DNA of 64,000 bases from Octopus sinensis (taxonomy: Eukaryota). This document shows positions 1 through 14,938 of the stretch, in pieces (the stretch's first letter is position 1; every line of letters begins with the position of its first letter). The notes under the pieces are model-generated. The model saw only the letters and a list, made by a program, of their open reading frames with translations. It did not search any database and had not been told where the DNA came from. The translations under genes and the position numbers were made by a program. The stretch is from the NCBI RefSeq assembly GCF_006345805.1, contig NC_043006.1:930001-994000 (forward strand), read 5' to 3'.

Positions 1-504
1 CGCTTCAAAATATCTATCATTTTGTTTTCACTGGTTTATTAAGTTCACCTGCTGATATTTCAATGGAATATTCGAGAACTTCGAATCGAATTTATATTTT
101 TCATTGCAGTGGTGGATTCTTTGAAAACATCAATTACCGCCGTAAGTATGAATATATTGCCACCGTAATATATTCTTTCGTTCTTTTGTAGTTTTTAGAC
201 ATCACGCGCACATGCATACACGCACATGCATACATGCACACATACATCAATGAACATGCGTTCAAACATGCAGAAACACAAATGCACGAGCGTACTTACG
301 TATATGCAGACGTACATACATGCACACATGCACGCGTGCATACATGCTCGCATGCATACATGCACGCATACATACAAATATATATTTCTATATTCATACA
401 TGAATATGACGGGTTTCCATAAAATTCCACTCAAAACTCTAAACAAGATAGCACTCGAGTCGAATCCCAAATTACAGTCCAACTGTCTGGCACGCAGGGA
501 AACT

Positions 505-947
505 GCCTTGTAGTATAGCTTCGGGCCGACCTAAGCTTGGCGAATGGATTTGGGAGACGGAAACTGAGAGAAGACTGTAGTATCTATATTTATATTTCTC
601 GATGTATATGTGTGCGTGCGTGTGTGCGTGCGTGTGTGCGTGTGTGTGTGTGTGCGTGTGTGTGTGTGTGTGTGAACGTGTGTGTGCCTCTGTGTGTGTG
701 TGTGTGTGTGTGCGTGAGTGTGTACCTTTGTGTCTGCGTTTGTTCCCTGTCACCGCTTTACACACGGTGTGGGTTTCTTTTCGTCTCCGTAAATGGCGGT
801 TCAGCAAAATTGTCTGATAGAATAAGTACCAAACTTTTTAAAAAAGGTGCTGGGATCGATTCGTTCGACTAAAGAAACTTTCAAGGTGGTGCCCCAGCAG
901 GGCCGCAGTCTGATGACTGAAACAAGTAAGTGATAAAAGTTGAAAGA
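505..947 (+). mobile_element. SINE family A, older 5'-truncated copy
   Basis: tatagcttcgggccgacc...ggatttgggagacggaaactgagagaag...(TG)n...gatagaataagtacc...ggtggtgccccagcagggccgcagtc..tgactgaaacaagtaa. Confidence 0.8.
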
Positions 948-1038
948 TATTTATGTGCGTGCGTGTGTGCATACATATATACAAAGAGTGAGATAGAAAT
1001 ATGCATGTGTGCGTATATATATATATACACACACGCAC

Positions 1039-1114
<76 letters not shown>

Positions 1115-1924
1115 GACACGTACACACACACACACACAGAGAAACAGTCTTGCATTCACACCCATACACTTATTAATACGCACAATTCACAGAAAGGCGT
1201 ATTCCCTGTTATATCATGCTGCTATTTGTGCGCTTGCTTGGCTTTCATAAGTCAAGTCATGCTTGTTACAAGGAATCAATGCTATGCATTTTCCTTTACT
1301 TATTCTAATAATTCTCTTTTTATAACTATATCAACTTTATTTGCTCGCAGAAAACACTTAGTAATGTTATTATTATAGATAGGAAGCTCTATCCATTTCT
1401 CATTTCCATCGTTGAACAATCACTTATGCTATCATTCAAGCTGGAAATAGCTTTTGTTATTCTATAGTGATCATTTTGGAATTGCAGAGTAGGACAAAAT
1501 CTATTATCTAATTTCGCTTTCGTTTTCTTTCCTTTGAACGCCATTAATTCGCGCCTTAAGACGGTCATAGCGGCCATTACATTTGGTTAATGAATTGCAA
1601 CATAACAATGTCTCCGTGTTTGCTTTAAATTACATTGCTTCTCAGTGTAAGAAGACATTCTTCTAAGTAGAGAACCTGTAATAGTTACATGAATGTTAAA
1701 AGTAAAGATAGTGTTTGGTGCTGTATATTTGATCTAAATATCTGAATCTCAGATCATGCTAATGGACGTCATGACACAAGTATTATCCTCGTGAATCTTG
1801 ACAGAAATTTCTTGCAAATCGCTCAAAGACAATTTTCAGCCTTTCAGAAGTTTTCATTGTCCCTCAAATAAAAATCCCAAATTCCAAACATTCTTTTTGT
1901 GGGGACGATATGAGAGAAAGAGAA

Positions 1925-2265
1925 TTGAAGAAAGAACGACAGCTCAAATAGTCGGAAAGAAAGCAATTATATAACCAATTCATACAGCAAACTAAAGATG
2001 TTGGAAATAAAGAAAGCTGGTTGTGACCGACTGATGGACACGTGACAAGATAAACTAAATCAATAATTATAGCCACTCAGAAACAATGCACGAGAAAGAA
2101 CTTGATAAAGACAAAGGTTGATCAAACTCAACCAGACAGCACACGCAGGGTCTGTGGAAAAGGACACGAAAGTATTAACCATCTCTTAAGTGAATGTAAC
2201 AAGTTAGCACACGAAGAGTATAATCACAGGTAAGACTGTATTAGTAAAAGGGTGCATTGGGATGT
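1925..2265 (+). mobile_element. Decayed R4/Dong-like REL LINE fragment (post-RT region and CCHC knuckle)
   Basis: Translates as QLYNQFIQQTKDVGNKESWL* ... IATQKQCTRKNLIKTKVDQTQPDSTRRVCGKGHESINHLLSECNKLAHEEYNHR*DCISKRVHW. Confidence 0.75.
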
Positions 2266-3371
2266 AACAGAGTATGTATGGAAATGTAGAGCTTATTGTA
2301 TGAGCATATATATATATATACATGCATACACACACACACACACATATATATATATCGCTGTCTTTCTACTACTACTAATACTATACTACTACTACTACTA
2401 CTACTAATGATAATAATAATAATAATAATAATTTTGGTATATATATGATATCTAATAAGATATAGCATAATATATTATAATATGAGATAATAGAACACAC
2501 ACATTTATTTTGGGAATCGATATAAAAATTATTTCCTGTTTCTTTTTTAACTTCCACTTTTATTTAATTTTACTTTGATTTATCTGATTCCACCAATGCT
2601 TTTTATCCCTTTTTTTTTTACTACAGTACAATTGCTACAACATAAAGCATAAAAAAAAACGAGTAGAATTTCCTGACAGATTTAACATAGAAAACATGCT
2701 TCAAAAATGATATTTTTTTTATTTTCCATATATTGTTCGTAATGTTGTATCTACGAAAGTAAAGAAAAAAGCAGTTTGAAAATTCTGGGCCAAGCATCAA
2801 TCAAAGACTGCTCTACTTAGTATCGATTAATAACATTCAACCAGAAGCATAAATGGTAGAAACCTTCAATTACTAAATTCCTTCTTACAATCATTCCCTT
2901 TAACCCACGATTTACCATTTATTTATGCTTCTTTCTATCATTCCAAATTGCACCAGCATCGCATGCATCCTCAACATCATTATTACCGATTCGACTCCAA
3001 AGAGTTTCAGCATTACAAAACCCAACATCTCTCTCCAGACGCCCATCACACCCTTCATATAAGCACCACAATTATTTCGGTAAAAAACAAAGATAACCCA
3101 CCCATCTACGCTAATATTTACAGATTGTAATGCAATCTATGAAATAAAGTAGAAAGCATTACTAAAATGACCATTAGCAGACTACGGTGGATACTAGCAC
3201 CTCCATTCTTACCCCCAACAACACTACTCGTATTAAAATATTTCCACAGTTATTACTATCATAAATTACACCAAAGATGCTACCAACGAAGAATACCAGC
3301 ATAGTGTTACAGTCTCTATGTCACTACAAGAACACAACACACACACACAACACACACCACACACACACACA

Positions 3372-3412
<41 letters not shown>

Positions 3413-3413
3413 C

Positions 3414-3468
<55 letters not shown>

Positions 3469-3480
3469 TATATATATCAT

Positions 3481-3753
3481 ATCACCGTGATCACCGTGAC
3501 CGATCAGGCTATCAGATGTTGCTACACATCGCTGGTCACAATGCGCTTCGCATTGTTTTAGCCTTCAAATGGTGCCACCCTGCTGGCTGAGCGAGCAGGC
3601 CAACAGAAAGAGTACAGCAAGGATGGCCACCCCACCCCTGTCGGAGTCTCGTGGAGCTTTAGGTGTTTTCGTTCAATAAACACTCACAACGCCCGGTCTG
3701 GGAATCGAAACCGCGAGTCCGCTGCCCTAACCACTTGGCCATTGCGCCTCCAC
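3481..3753 (-). mobile_element. SINE family C (tRNA head, distinct body, tandem CGGTGATCA-type 3' end)
   Basis: Minus strand GGAGGCGCAATGGCCAAGTGGTTAGGGCAGCGGACTCGCGG-TTTCGATTCCC (A and B boxes) ... gcgaagcgcattgtgaccagcgatgtgtagcaacatctgatagcctgatcggtcacggtgatcacggtgat. Confidence 0.8.
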
Positions 3754-3770
3754 ACATATACATACATACA

Positions 3771-3878
<108 letters not shown>

Positions 3879-4369
3879 CATAGATACATATATGCACACA
3901 TTCATACACATGCACAAACACATATGCCATGTTTATACTTTTACATATCATCATGATTGTTGTTGTTGTTGCTGCTCCTAATACTAATCCCACCCCCACC
4001 GCCTTCAAGTGCACTACTTCTAAAAACACCATTCAACGACTCCATCTCCAATACTACCTCTAGCAACATCACCTCCAACATCACTATCAATAATACTTTT
4101 TCCAACACACCACTTCCATCAACATTGCGTTCAGTTCTATCATTAGCAGTATTACGTCTAAAAACACCGCCACCAGCAACACTAGCTCCCCCAACACTAT
4201 GATCGCCAACACCATCAACATCAATAGTTGCCCCAGCAACGTTGCCCTTGCCTCCATCAACAACATAGACTCCAACTACACTACCTTCATCTCTTCCGCC
4301 ACAGTTCTTCAACCGCTAGCGACGCTACACTTAGCGACGCTGCTTCCATCACTATTATCAATTATTATA

Positions 4370-4545
4370 GGCGACGAGCTGGCAGAATGGTTAGCATGCC
4401 GGGCGAAATGCTCAGCAGTATTTCGTCTGCCGTTACGTTCTGAGTTCAAATTCCGCCGAGGTCGACTTTGCCTTTCATCCTTTCGGCGTCGATGAATAAA
4501 GTACCAGTTACGCACTGGAGTCGATGTAATCGACTTAATCCCATT
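4370..4545 (+). mobile_element. SINE family B
   Basis: ggcgacgagctggcagaatggttagcatgccgggc...gagttcaaattccgccgaggtcgactttgcctttcatcc...aagtaccagttacgcactgg.gtcgatgtaatcgact. Confidence 0.88.
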
Positions 4546-5184
4546 GTCTGTCTGTGTGTGCCTAAATACCCAGGGTATATAATTACTTGTAAAATATTAA
4601 TCAATTAATACATTAAAAGTTACATCCGTTTCAAAAAAGTTTCACGTTTGATTACACATACGTTAGCAGTATATGCACATACCAAATAATCTATACCATT
4701 TTCTCCAACTTGTTTCGCATCTATGGTGCTTTCTCTGTGTATATATCTATATATATATATATATATATATATATGATATATATATAATCTATATATATAT
4801 ATATAGTATATATACCACTTCCTTGTTTTTGAGTAGCTTGAATAATGTAGGCAGATACGGCAGTCGGCAATACATTTCGGATTAAATCTTTCACTGTTCT
4901 TCAGAAAGCCTCCATTGTCAGTTTAAATGAAGTGCAGTGTGACTGAATTACAATCTGAATGAAAGACCGATTAATTATTAAGAGAATGGAATATAACAGA
5001 CCCGATATTGATGAAATATATTGATTAATTAATAATAGAGACTACCAGTGCATTCTCTTCTCGCTGCTGCAGTCTAATTTTGAACGTTACCGTCTAGGCA
5101 CAACTAAACTATAGACAAGATCGGTGAGAAATTAAACGGCGGAGACGGGGAGTAGGCGAGATGAATACGTAAGTGGGCATCGTA

Positions 5185-5189
5185 GTATG

Positions 5190-5220
<31 letters not shown>

Positions 5221-5399
5221 TATGTATCTATGTATGGGTATGTATGTATGTATTATGTATGTATGTATGTGTATGTATGTATGATGTATGTATGTATGTG
5301 GTATGTGTATGTATGTAATGTATATATGTATCTATGTATGTATGTATGTATGTGTGTATGTATTTATGTATCTATGTATGTATGTATGTATGTATATGT

Positions 5400-5431
<32 letters not shown>

Positions 5432-5578
5432 TGTATGTATGTTGTATGCATGTATGTATGTATGTATATATATATTGTATGTATTAGTGTATGTATGTAT
5501 GGTATGTATGTATCTATCTATCTATATATATATATAACCACAGATATATATATATATATGCATATATACATATATACG

Positions 5579-5625
<47 letters not shown>

Positions 5626-5648
5626 GTAGATATATAATATATAATATG

Positions 5649-5702
<54 letters not shown>

Positions 5703-5770
5703 TATAGATATATGTATATATATATAATATTATATATATATATATATATAATATATATATATATACATAT
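5185..5770. repeat. Compound (TATG)n/(TA)n microsatellite
   Basis: Direct inspection. Confidence 0.95.
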
Positions 5771-6020
5771 AGAAATAGAGAGGGAGAAAGGGATCAGACA
5801 AACAGACATTAGATAGACAGGAGACAGCCTAAAATGGAGATGAGGAATTTAGTGAATTGGAAGGAGAGAGAGGGAGAGAGAGAGTGAAAGAGAGAGGGAG
5901 TCAGAATGAGGGAGAGTGACTGCAGGTATGTGTCTATATATATGTATATGTTTACATACATATACACATGCATTTGTGTATGCATATATGCATATATATA
6001 TATATATACATATACACATA

Positions 6021-6315
6021 CATATTCTGTTGTGTCTGGGGAGAGTTACTTTTTATTTTTATTCTTTTGTTTTTTCACTTGTTTAAACGAATTTGGCAAA
6101 AAGCATTTTAAAATGAGCTGGTTTCTCAACCACATGGTTCCGGGTTCAGTCCCACTCTGTGACACTTTGGGCAAATACCTTATACTCTTTTGTGTCTGGA
6201 GAGAGTCATTTTCTTTTTGTGCTTTATAATTTAACACACTCCCCGGTAAAATTTCCACTTATTCCTTATTTTCATTTCCCTAAAATTTTCGTTGCGCCAG
6301 ACACAACAGAATATG
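6021..6315. mobile_element. MITE-like element with perfect 19-bp terminal inverted repeats and a nested SINE head
   Basis: CATATTCTGTTGTGTCTGG (6021-6039) and CCAGACACAACAGAATATG (6297-6315). An internal repeat of ttgtgtctgg(g/a)gagagt occurs at ~6190. No clear TSD. Confidence 0.65.
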
Positions 6316-7248
6316 CTTCAACACACGAACTCACATAAAGAATCTTGCAAACCAAATCCAAAAACGAAATATATATATATATATATATCTTAGTTCCAAA
6401 TATCGGCACAAGGCTGGCAAATTCGATCGAAGTGATCAACTGTGTTCTATTCTATCTACTCTTCAAGGGCGAAAGTTAAAGTTGATCCCGCTTATTGGTA
6501 CTAATAAACATATTCGTTTTAAATAATACCTGTACTTAATCCCTATTTAGTGTACGGTTTTGGTTTCCAAGATCTATGGTCGATATACTCCTCACATGCG
6601 AACATACATAAGAGTATACACAGCTATGTGTTTATGCGGGAGTCTGTGACACAGACAAAGTTGAGGAATTGTTTTGTATGATATTTAGTTACATCGTCTT
6701 CCCTAAGTTTCGTATACATAGGGTGATTATTAGTGGCCGAATATAAATTACATAATCACATCTTATTGCCGTCTCGTTAGATTATCAAATGGACTGACAC
6801 TAGTCATCACTCCGGTGGTGAATTCAGTCCAATCAAATTATGCTGCGTATAAAGGTTAAACGTCTCTGATGATTTGAGAATAACATTTGATTATGTAAAT
6901 AATAACCACCTTGTGTTAATGAAGCGTATGTGATGTAGGTTAATGTAATTAAATATCTCATAACGGGTCTCTCATGTTTTGTTTTCTGTTTATACTTTGA
7001 ATAACATTGAAGCCTGGATTTCATAACAAAGGCTACAATTATTAATACACGGACGGAAATACCCATACAGTTCTAAATACTGCTTACTTTCCACGTAATT
7101 TAAGGTTTTAAATGCACTGGATGATAGTAAATACGTACGTATATACATACATACTTACACACACACACACACATAAATATATATACATATGCATATAAGT
7201 GTATATATATGTGTGTGTATTTGTGTGTATATACAGAGAAGGAAAGAG

Positions 7249-7294
<46 letters not shown>

Positions 7295-7309
7295 GATGTG
7301 TCCGTATGT

Positions 7310-7518
7310 ATGTGTCGTGTTTGTGTCTCACCACTTGACAATTGGTGGCGGTTAGTTTATGTCGCTCTGATTTAGCAGTACAGTGAAAGCAAACGATAGA
7401 GCAAAGGTTAAGCACCAGACTTAAATTAAACTGGGATCCAGTTTGGTACATTTACTCTTCAGAGCGCTGCCTTAGCAGGGCTGCAATCCGATGAATGGAA
7501 AAACACAAGAGAATAAAA
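7310..7518 (+). mobile_element. SINE family A, strongly decayed 3' module
   Basis: caccacttgacaattggtg...gatagagc...gcgctgccttagcagggctgcaatcc. Confidence 0.5.
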
Positions 7519-8027
7519 TTGGCATCAGTTTTTCAGTTCTCCGTATCACGTATCCGAACTTCAACATCTCATTTCCCTTTGCTCGGTTTAACGTTACATT
7601 ATGATACCCGAACGTCTTTAATGTATTCCAATGTTGTCAGCATTCAATCCAGGATTCAATCTGATCTGAAAAAGTAGCATTTTCATACACAACATTCTCC
7701 TACTGTAACCCATGATCCTGCTTTCACAGACCCTTTCCTTTGCCTTTCTCATAAACACCCAGCAGTGGCAAGTGAAATTTTAAAAATATATCAGTCGACT
7801 GACAAATATTACCTTCCTGCTTTCAAGAGCATTTATTTTCATTTTTGTTTGTGCAATTAGGTGGAGTCAAATGAGGCAAGGAATTGTCTTTCAAATACAC
7901 TTGTTTATCGAGTTTTCCTTGCACACATTTACATTAGTAATTTGGGTTGCCCGAAGGTGTACAGAGGTTCTTTACATAGCCACAAAGAAAGAAAGAAAGA
8001 AAGAATAAGACAATTATACATATCGTA

Positions 8028-8115
8028 GGTGCAGGCGTGGCTGCTTCCCAACAACATGGTTCCATGTTCAGTCCCATTGCGTGGCACATTGGGCAAGTGT
8101 CTTCTGCTATAACCT
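8028..8115 (+). mobile_element. SINE family A, head-only fragment
   Basis: ggtgcaggcgtggctg...caacatggttccatgttcagtcccattgcgtggcacattgggcaagtgtcttctgctataacc. Confidence 0.75.
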
Positions 8116-8450
8116 ATATATATATATATATATATCATAAGACGCAATATAAAGCCAGAAAGGAAAAATTCAATTGCCACTAATAGTGACTGAGGGTGAT
8201 TGGTAGCACTTACATTGCTACTAGAAACAACAGTCAAACACCCTTATAGCAACAAAATCACGTTGTCTCTGTACTGACAGGGGATATAACCACCCCACAG
8301 CGAGCGAGATTACTATACTGGTAAGTTTGTTTAGATTGGAATTAAATGTCGTTAGAACTCTTGTTTCTAGCAATATAGATGTAACCCTACACCCTCAGAT
8401 ACTAGTCTTTTTTTCAGTATATTGGCAAGAAAATATTTTTCTGTTGTCCT

Positions 8451-8538
<88 letters not shown>

Positions 8539-10215
8539 TATGATATATATATATATATATATATAATATATATATATATAATATATATATATAATATATA
8601 TATAATTATATACATATATATATAAACACTTTATATAAATAAGGATAAGATCGTTAATTTAAAATAAATAATGCTTTTTTTCAAGTGGTCAGCATGGAAA
8701 AAATAACCTTCAAAGGTAATAATTATTAAAATTATAAATTAAGGTCGTTATGGTGGTATCTCGTAGAGATACCCTACATTTATAATTACATATATTATAT
8801 ATATATATAATATATATATTATATAGTATATATATATATATATACATGTGTATATATAGCTAGATAGACAGATATTTAAATGTATGGCCTGACAGAAGTA
8901 AGTGATATATTGCCTTATAAATTCGATTCTAAGAAAATGGCTGCCGCTCGAGAGGCATCCGATTACATGAAAATTGCTGCTCTGTATTCTAATGTTTAGA
9001 CCAGTATTTTACTAAATAAGCTATTGTTATTATCTCTCTTCTTATCACTTGGCAATCTCACAACTCTTTAGGCATTGAATCACCAGCAGACAGGTTCTCC
9101 CAATTTAATATCTAACACAATGCAGTGTTTATCACACTGTAACTATTATGTTTATCACAAAAAACAAATCGCGGAATTAGAATTGTAATTTCCGATAGCG
9201 TAAACAATAGAGGTGTTTTGAATATAAATTATAAATTGCAAGTTGTACATATGGTATGTTCATATGGTAAGCGAAGCGACATGCCAATATGCAGTCTGTA
9301 CCGTGAGGGAATGGAATTTTGCGTCTCAACTACCTTATTGCAGATTCTATTCCACAGCTCGGCTGTAGCCTTGGACCAACTAAGAAACAGAATTGCAAAA
9401 GATCTACTCGTAGTTTCATGCTTTAAGATACATTAAATTGGTAGGTTTATATAACATGCCATCTGTCTCCAAGCAAAAGTCCAGTCTCAGGTCATACGTT
9501 AGACGTCTTTAAAAACTCGGACCCAACACAATGAGAAAACATGAGGAAAAAACGAGAAGAAAAAGAAAACAAGAATGAAAAATCTGTGAAGAAGATTGAT
9601 GCAAAATGTGGAACGAGAAGAAAGTGAAGTAAGAAAACTAAGGTCATCGTTCTCTTTGTCTGTAGAAACCATAATTAATGTAGTTGGAGTAGCATAATAT
9701 AACATAAAGGAGGCCAAATTCTGTGAGATAGCTACTTAATTCCAAATCCGAAATTGTCAGCAGCTGCAAACACATAGATAGGTTTCTTTTGATGAACTGG
9801 AGAACACCACCCGCTGTCATAGTCAGTTGTCCAATCTTTCTTTTTTTAAATACATGAAACGTATGTAATGAGTCTGAAAGATTGCTTGGAGCTACATGGC
9901 ATGATGCATGCATCTGCCATTTTAATGTATTCTAAAGGTATGAAACTGTTAGTTGCTCTTTTGCAATTGTGTTTATTAAATGATATTTATCTCTCACTGG
10001 ATGGAGTACTTTTTTGTTGATTCTACCTATATTTGAACAGTAAACTACACACACACACACACTCACTCAGACACATACATATATACATGCATACACACAT
10101 ATATGATCTATGGTTCAATCTACTTAGTATGCTTGTCTGTATGTATGTTTGTATGTATGTATGTATATATGTATGCATGTATGTATATATGTATGCATGT
10201 ATGTATGTATCTATG

Positions 10216-10255
<40 letters not shown>

Positions 10256-10359
10256 CATATGTATATATATATAATATTATATATGTATATATATGTATAT
10301 ATATATGTGTGTGTATATAGGAGATATATAGATAGATAGATAAACAGATAGATAGACAG

Positions 10360-10422
<63 letters not shown>

Positions 10423-11400
10423 GACATACATATTATCGAGTTTGTTTTAGTATACATCTAATTCCTTATTTCATGCAGCAGAATCGGTAATGGTAGCAGC
10501 AAAAGCACAGTATTACTATTGTACTCCTCCTTTTGTTAGTTTGCATCTGTCTTTTCTTCTTCATTTCTACATATTGTCGTGGTACGCTATCGTTAAGCGG
10601 GATGGAACTGGGGAAGGTCGGAGAGGAGGTATTTCAACCGAGAAACGCGCAACGCATTGAAAACTGAGATAAGCTCTCTCATATTAGGAAAAGTTTTAAG
10701 AATGATGACGAATCAGGATAATGGAAATAAGGAATATTTCTATGACAATGAAAGAATCAGGAAAATGCAAAAGAAATTCAAAATTATATTGTACAATGAA
10801 GAATAATACACGAATGTATTTAGTATCAATATATTAATAAAAAAACATATTTATGAAAATATATATAAAATGGCTTAACAAATTCATTATTAGTTTTCAA
10901 AAATGTGAGATGGGAGATTAAATGTCATTGCTATATTTTATTTTATCTCTGTAAATTAATCTCAACCTATAGCTGAAATTATGAAACAACGATCAATACT
11001 GCAAGAATTAATATATTTATATCATACATATTTAATATATATTTAGTTTTACGTTTGTCTTGAACGTGCGTGTATGTGTGTATATCTCTGAAATATAATA
11101 CTTCTCAGTCAACAATCGTGCTGTTAAGCTTCTGAGTAGTAGACTTAGTGATGCCATGGTGATGGATGGTATTATGCAGCGACGTATATCTTATCTCCAC
11201 CCGTGTGCTTATGTTTGTGTGTATATATATATAACATTGTGTGTATATAACATCAAAACACTTCCACGAGGAAGTGTTCTGATGTTTTTAACAAAAGAGT
11301 GGGTTTTGCTATGGAAAGGTGAAACTATTCGTTTTCTGAAAATAAAAAGCTACTTCTTGGAGTTACGACACTTTTGCACAAGAGTAACGATATATATATT

Positions 11401-11635
11401 GTTTCTTTATTGCCCTCAAGGGGCTAAACATAGAGGGGAAAAACAAGGCCAGACGATGGGATTAAGTCGATTGCATCGACCCCAGTGCGTAACTTGTACT
11501 TATTTAATTAACCCCGAAAGGAAATGATGAAAGGCAAAGTCGACCTCGGCGGAATTTGAACCCAGAACGTAGCAGCAGACGAGATAGCGCTAAGCATTTC
11601 GCTCGGCATGCTAACGATTCTGCCAGCTCGGTGCC
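11401..11635 (-). mobile_element. SINE family B, full length
   Basis: Reverse complement of 4370-4545 plus the tail tgtttagccccttg.gggcaataaagaaa also seen at 61270-61300. Confidence 0.88.
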
Positions 11636-12293
11636 TTATGTATATACCAGTACAATTATGCAAAAGTATTGTAAGTCCAAAACGTTGCTTTTTCCAGAAA
11701 ACGAAAAAATAGTTTCACCATTCCATAGCAAATCCGTTTTACTGCACTCAGACGATTTTTGATATCTTGACTTCTGAAGCAGCTTGAGATACGATAGTTT
11801 GACCGAAAGAACCGGCTATTGCAAGTAAAAATATATACTGAAAAAAAGAAAAAAAAACGCATTTGGCCACATTTAGATATACAACAGTTCAACATAATAT
11901 TATGTTATATATGTGTGCGTGTGTGTTTATACTAGTTGTCCATAAATTATCTTTACAACACCCACAGTTTATTGTTATAACTGGTTGCATGCAGCAATGG
12001 AGTCCACGAGGAATTGGTCTGAGGTTTTTAACAACATTTTATTTGTCTGTTTTCCAATAAGCTATGTTGCATTGTTTTTGCTTTTTGTATTTTTTTCTCC
12101 ATTTTTCAATTTATAAAGGTAATTTACGAACACCCAGTACATATATACACATATATGTGCCCCAGCATTACCACAAATTCAAAGCTAAAACAATTTAAAG
12201 ATTATATATATATATATGTATGTATGTATTATGTATGTATGTATGTATGTATGTATATATATATATATCTCTGTATATATATATATATATAGA

Positions 12294-12327
<34 letters not shown>

Positions 12328-12354
12328 TAGTGTGTGTGTGTGGTGTGGTGTGTA

Positions 12355-12387
<33 letters not shown>

Positions 12388-14427
12388 AGAGAGAGGAGAG
12401 AGAGAAAGAACGTATTAGGTATATATTTCTATAGAGGCGGGTTATGATTTTGTAGTCAAGGTCTTGGAAGCACACACATACATGTCAACAAAAGACAATA
12501 ATTCTCTATAAACCCACGCGATGTTATATGCATATATTAATAATTTTGTAGTTTTACACGCACACATTCACGCGCGCATGCAGATATATAAGCTCATCCG
12601 ATATGTTTGTAAGTTCACATTCGTGTGCAAGAATCTTGGCTTCAAATTTTGCCAGAAGGCCAGCCGTTTCGGGGAAGGGGCTAATTAACGATATCCGAGA
12701 TGCAAAGTAATTTACCCACTGTGCTAACGCTTCTGCCAGCCCCTCGCCCCTTCATGTGTTGTAATAATGACATACATTTATATAGCAATAAGTAATACAT
12801 GCTTCTGTATTTCTCCGAATGTGAATTCGAATATATTTAAATATGTTTCTTCAGTATTGATAAATTACTGTATGAATCCTTAGAATGACGCCATTGTCTT
12901 TCACGCCAATATTTCTCTCGATAATTATTCATTCCTCATACAAGCATGTTAAATCTTAAATTTGATCTCATACCGTTGCCAGCTTGGCGATAGGAAGTGA
13001 CATTATTATCATATGGTCACTCACAGTTATGTTAAGTTGTTTATTAGTTATGAATATATTACTAGAGACAACACATTTTCGCAGACAGTTGAACAGAGAA
13101 TTTATATTGGAACTGGTATATTTTATTTGTTTAGTGATGAATTTCTTTCCTTTTTGTAATTTCAGACTATAATCAGTGAGCGAAAAATATTAGTACATAT
13201 TAGATCTTACGGTCTATGAATAAGATAATTATGAGTCAATTATCTGTGGATTTATAAAACGTACTAAACTGGAAAGAATCCCATTTTGCAAGTAAAGTCA
13301 GTCCAAAATATTAGTACGAGTTTACGTCAGCAGACTTCGATCAATTTTGGCAATTTTGTAATAGTTTTGGATTCAGTTAGGCATGTAAAAAGAGGAATAC
13401 AGAGGTGTCATTTGCAGGTCATGGATTGTGTTAGCTGAAGTTTTTCTCGTAAATAAACTACAGGATTTTAATGAATAGAACAACTTCGGTCACAGATCGA
13501 AAAAACATCTGATCAGCAGCAAAAGGTCATAGCAACAGCACTCACGCACTCAGACACACAGGCACACAGACACACACACACAGACACACACACACATTTA
13601 TATACACTCACACACGTACATGGAATGATTTCTATAATTAAAATGCGTCAAAAGATGTAATGGTGTGAATTTGGATGGTATGTTAAATAATGACATACTG
13701 AAGGCTGAAGGCAACAAATTTATTTTACTCTTGAAATTGTCTTTGAAACACAAATGGATTTCTCAGGCTAATTTACGTGCTTAGCAAAAGGAAAGTTTGT
13801 CTCTATCCGTAGCTGAGGAACAACTATGGCCATATAAACTATTGGGCTATTTGGTCGTTTCAGCGTGCGAACACACACGCACACACATTAATGTTTTTTT
13901 TATGTCAAGCCATACGTAAAAACAACTAATATTAAATTGAAGGATTACTCAAATGGTTTTTCTAGTAGAGCTCATCTTAGGGAAATTTGTATAGCATCAT
14001 AGGTCAAATAACAGCGAAAGATGAATCCGTGAATCATATATATTTGTTAGCAAAGCTTATGATATAATATGAATTAAAGCTAAACATATAAAGTATGGTC
14101 CAAAGATATATTTTAAATAGCAATGGTCCAACAGGGGCGGCAGTTATTTGAGTAGCAATTTACATACAGAGAATTAGTCATATTTTGGTTATTAAAAGTT
14201 TAATATAAGTAAAGGAATTTGTGATCGCATGGTCCTGACGAGGTCAGAAGTGTCGAAACATAAGCTCTTATCCTTACTTTCAAACACAGATCAAATATTC
14301 TTTTCTCTAATCATGATAATTAGCTCGAAAAAATTATTCTCTATTTCTTCAAATCATTTCCTCCCCCACTCTCTCTTTCTCTCTCAAAAATACACACACA
14401 CACACACGTATATATGTAATATGTATA

Positions 14428-14806
14428 GGCGCAGAAGTGGCCGTGTGGTAAGTAGCTTGCTTACCAACCACATGGTTCGGGTTCAGTCCCACTGCGTGGC
14501 ACTTTGGGCGTCTTCTACTATAGCCGTATGAGTGGATTTGGTAGACGGAAACTGAAAGAAGCCTGTCGTGTATATTTATATATACATATGTGTGTGTTTG
14601 TGTGTCTGTGTTTGTCCTCCCAACATTGCTTGACAACCAATGCTGGTGTATTCATGTCCCCGTAACCTAGCGGTTCGGCAAAAGAGACCGGTAGAATAAG
14701 TACTAGGCTTACAAAGAATAAGTTCTGGGGTCGATTTGCTCGACTAAAGGCGGTGCTCCAGCATGGCCGCAGTCAAATGACTGAAACAAGTAAAAGAGTA
14801 AAAGAG
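14428..14806 (+). mobile_element. SINE family A with a short internal deletion
   Basis: Head and tail are intact. The tcgggccgaccaaagcc segment after ctatagcc is missing. Confidence 0.9.
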
Positions 14807-14903
14807 TATGTAAGTATATGTATATGTAAGTATATATATATCTATGTATGTATATATATATGTATATATATATATAATACATATATATATACATACATAC
14901 ACA

Positions 14904-14938
<35 letters not shown>

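Noticed and set aside
909-925. CTGATGA-CT-GAAAC in a SINE tail
   Set aside because: There is no room for stem II, and other copies read caaatgactgaaac, so it is a chance variant.
2900-3126. Minus-strand acceptor followed by ~74 open codons (IALQSVN...GVWREM...)
   Set aside because: It is phase 0 whereas the known donor is phase 1, lies in G/T-skewed low-complexity sequence that suppresses stops, and has no family motif.
3700-3753. tRNA gene (also heads at 16981, 19461, 44981, 60050)
   Set aside because: These are SINE heads: the cloverleaf is incomplete and they continue into repeat bodies.
3941-4360. 123-aa Gly/Val-rich and 81-aa Thr/Ser/Pro-rich ORFs
   Set aside because: Degenerate A/C-rich trinucleotide low-complexity sequence.
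4865-4910. Minus-strand CTGAAGA...CC-GAAA-TGTA-TT
   Set aside because: Stems I and II do not pair convincingly. At best a very old remnant.
8281-8320. Plus-strand cag|40 nt|gtaagt micro-exon candidate
   Set aside because: No partner exons or plus-strand gene were evident, and such signals are frequent by chance.
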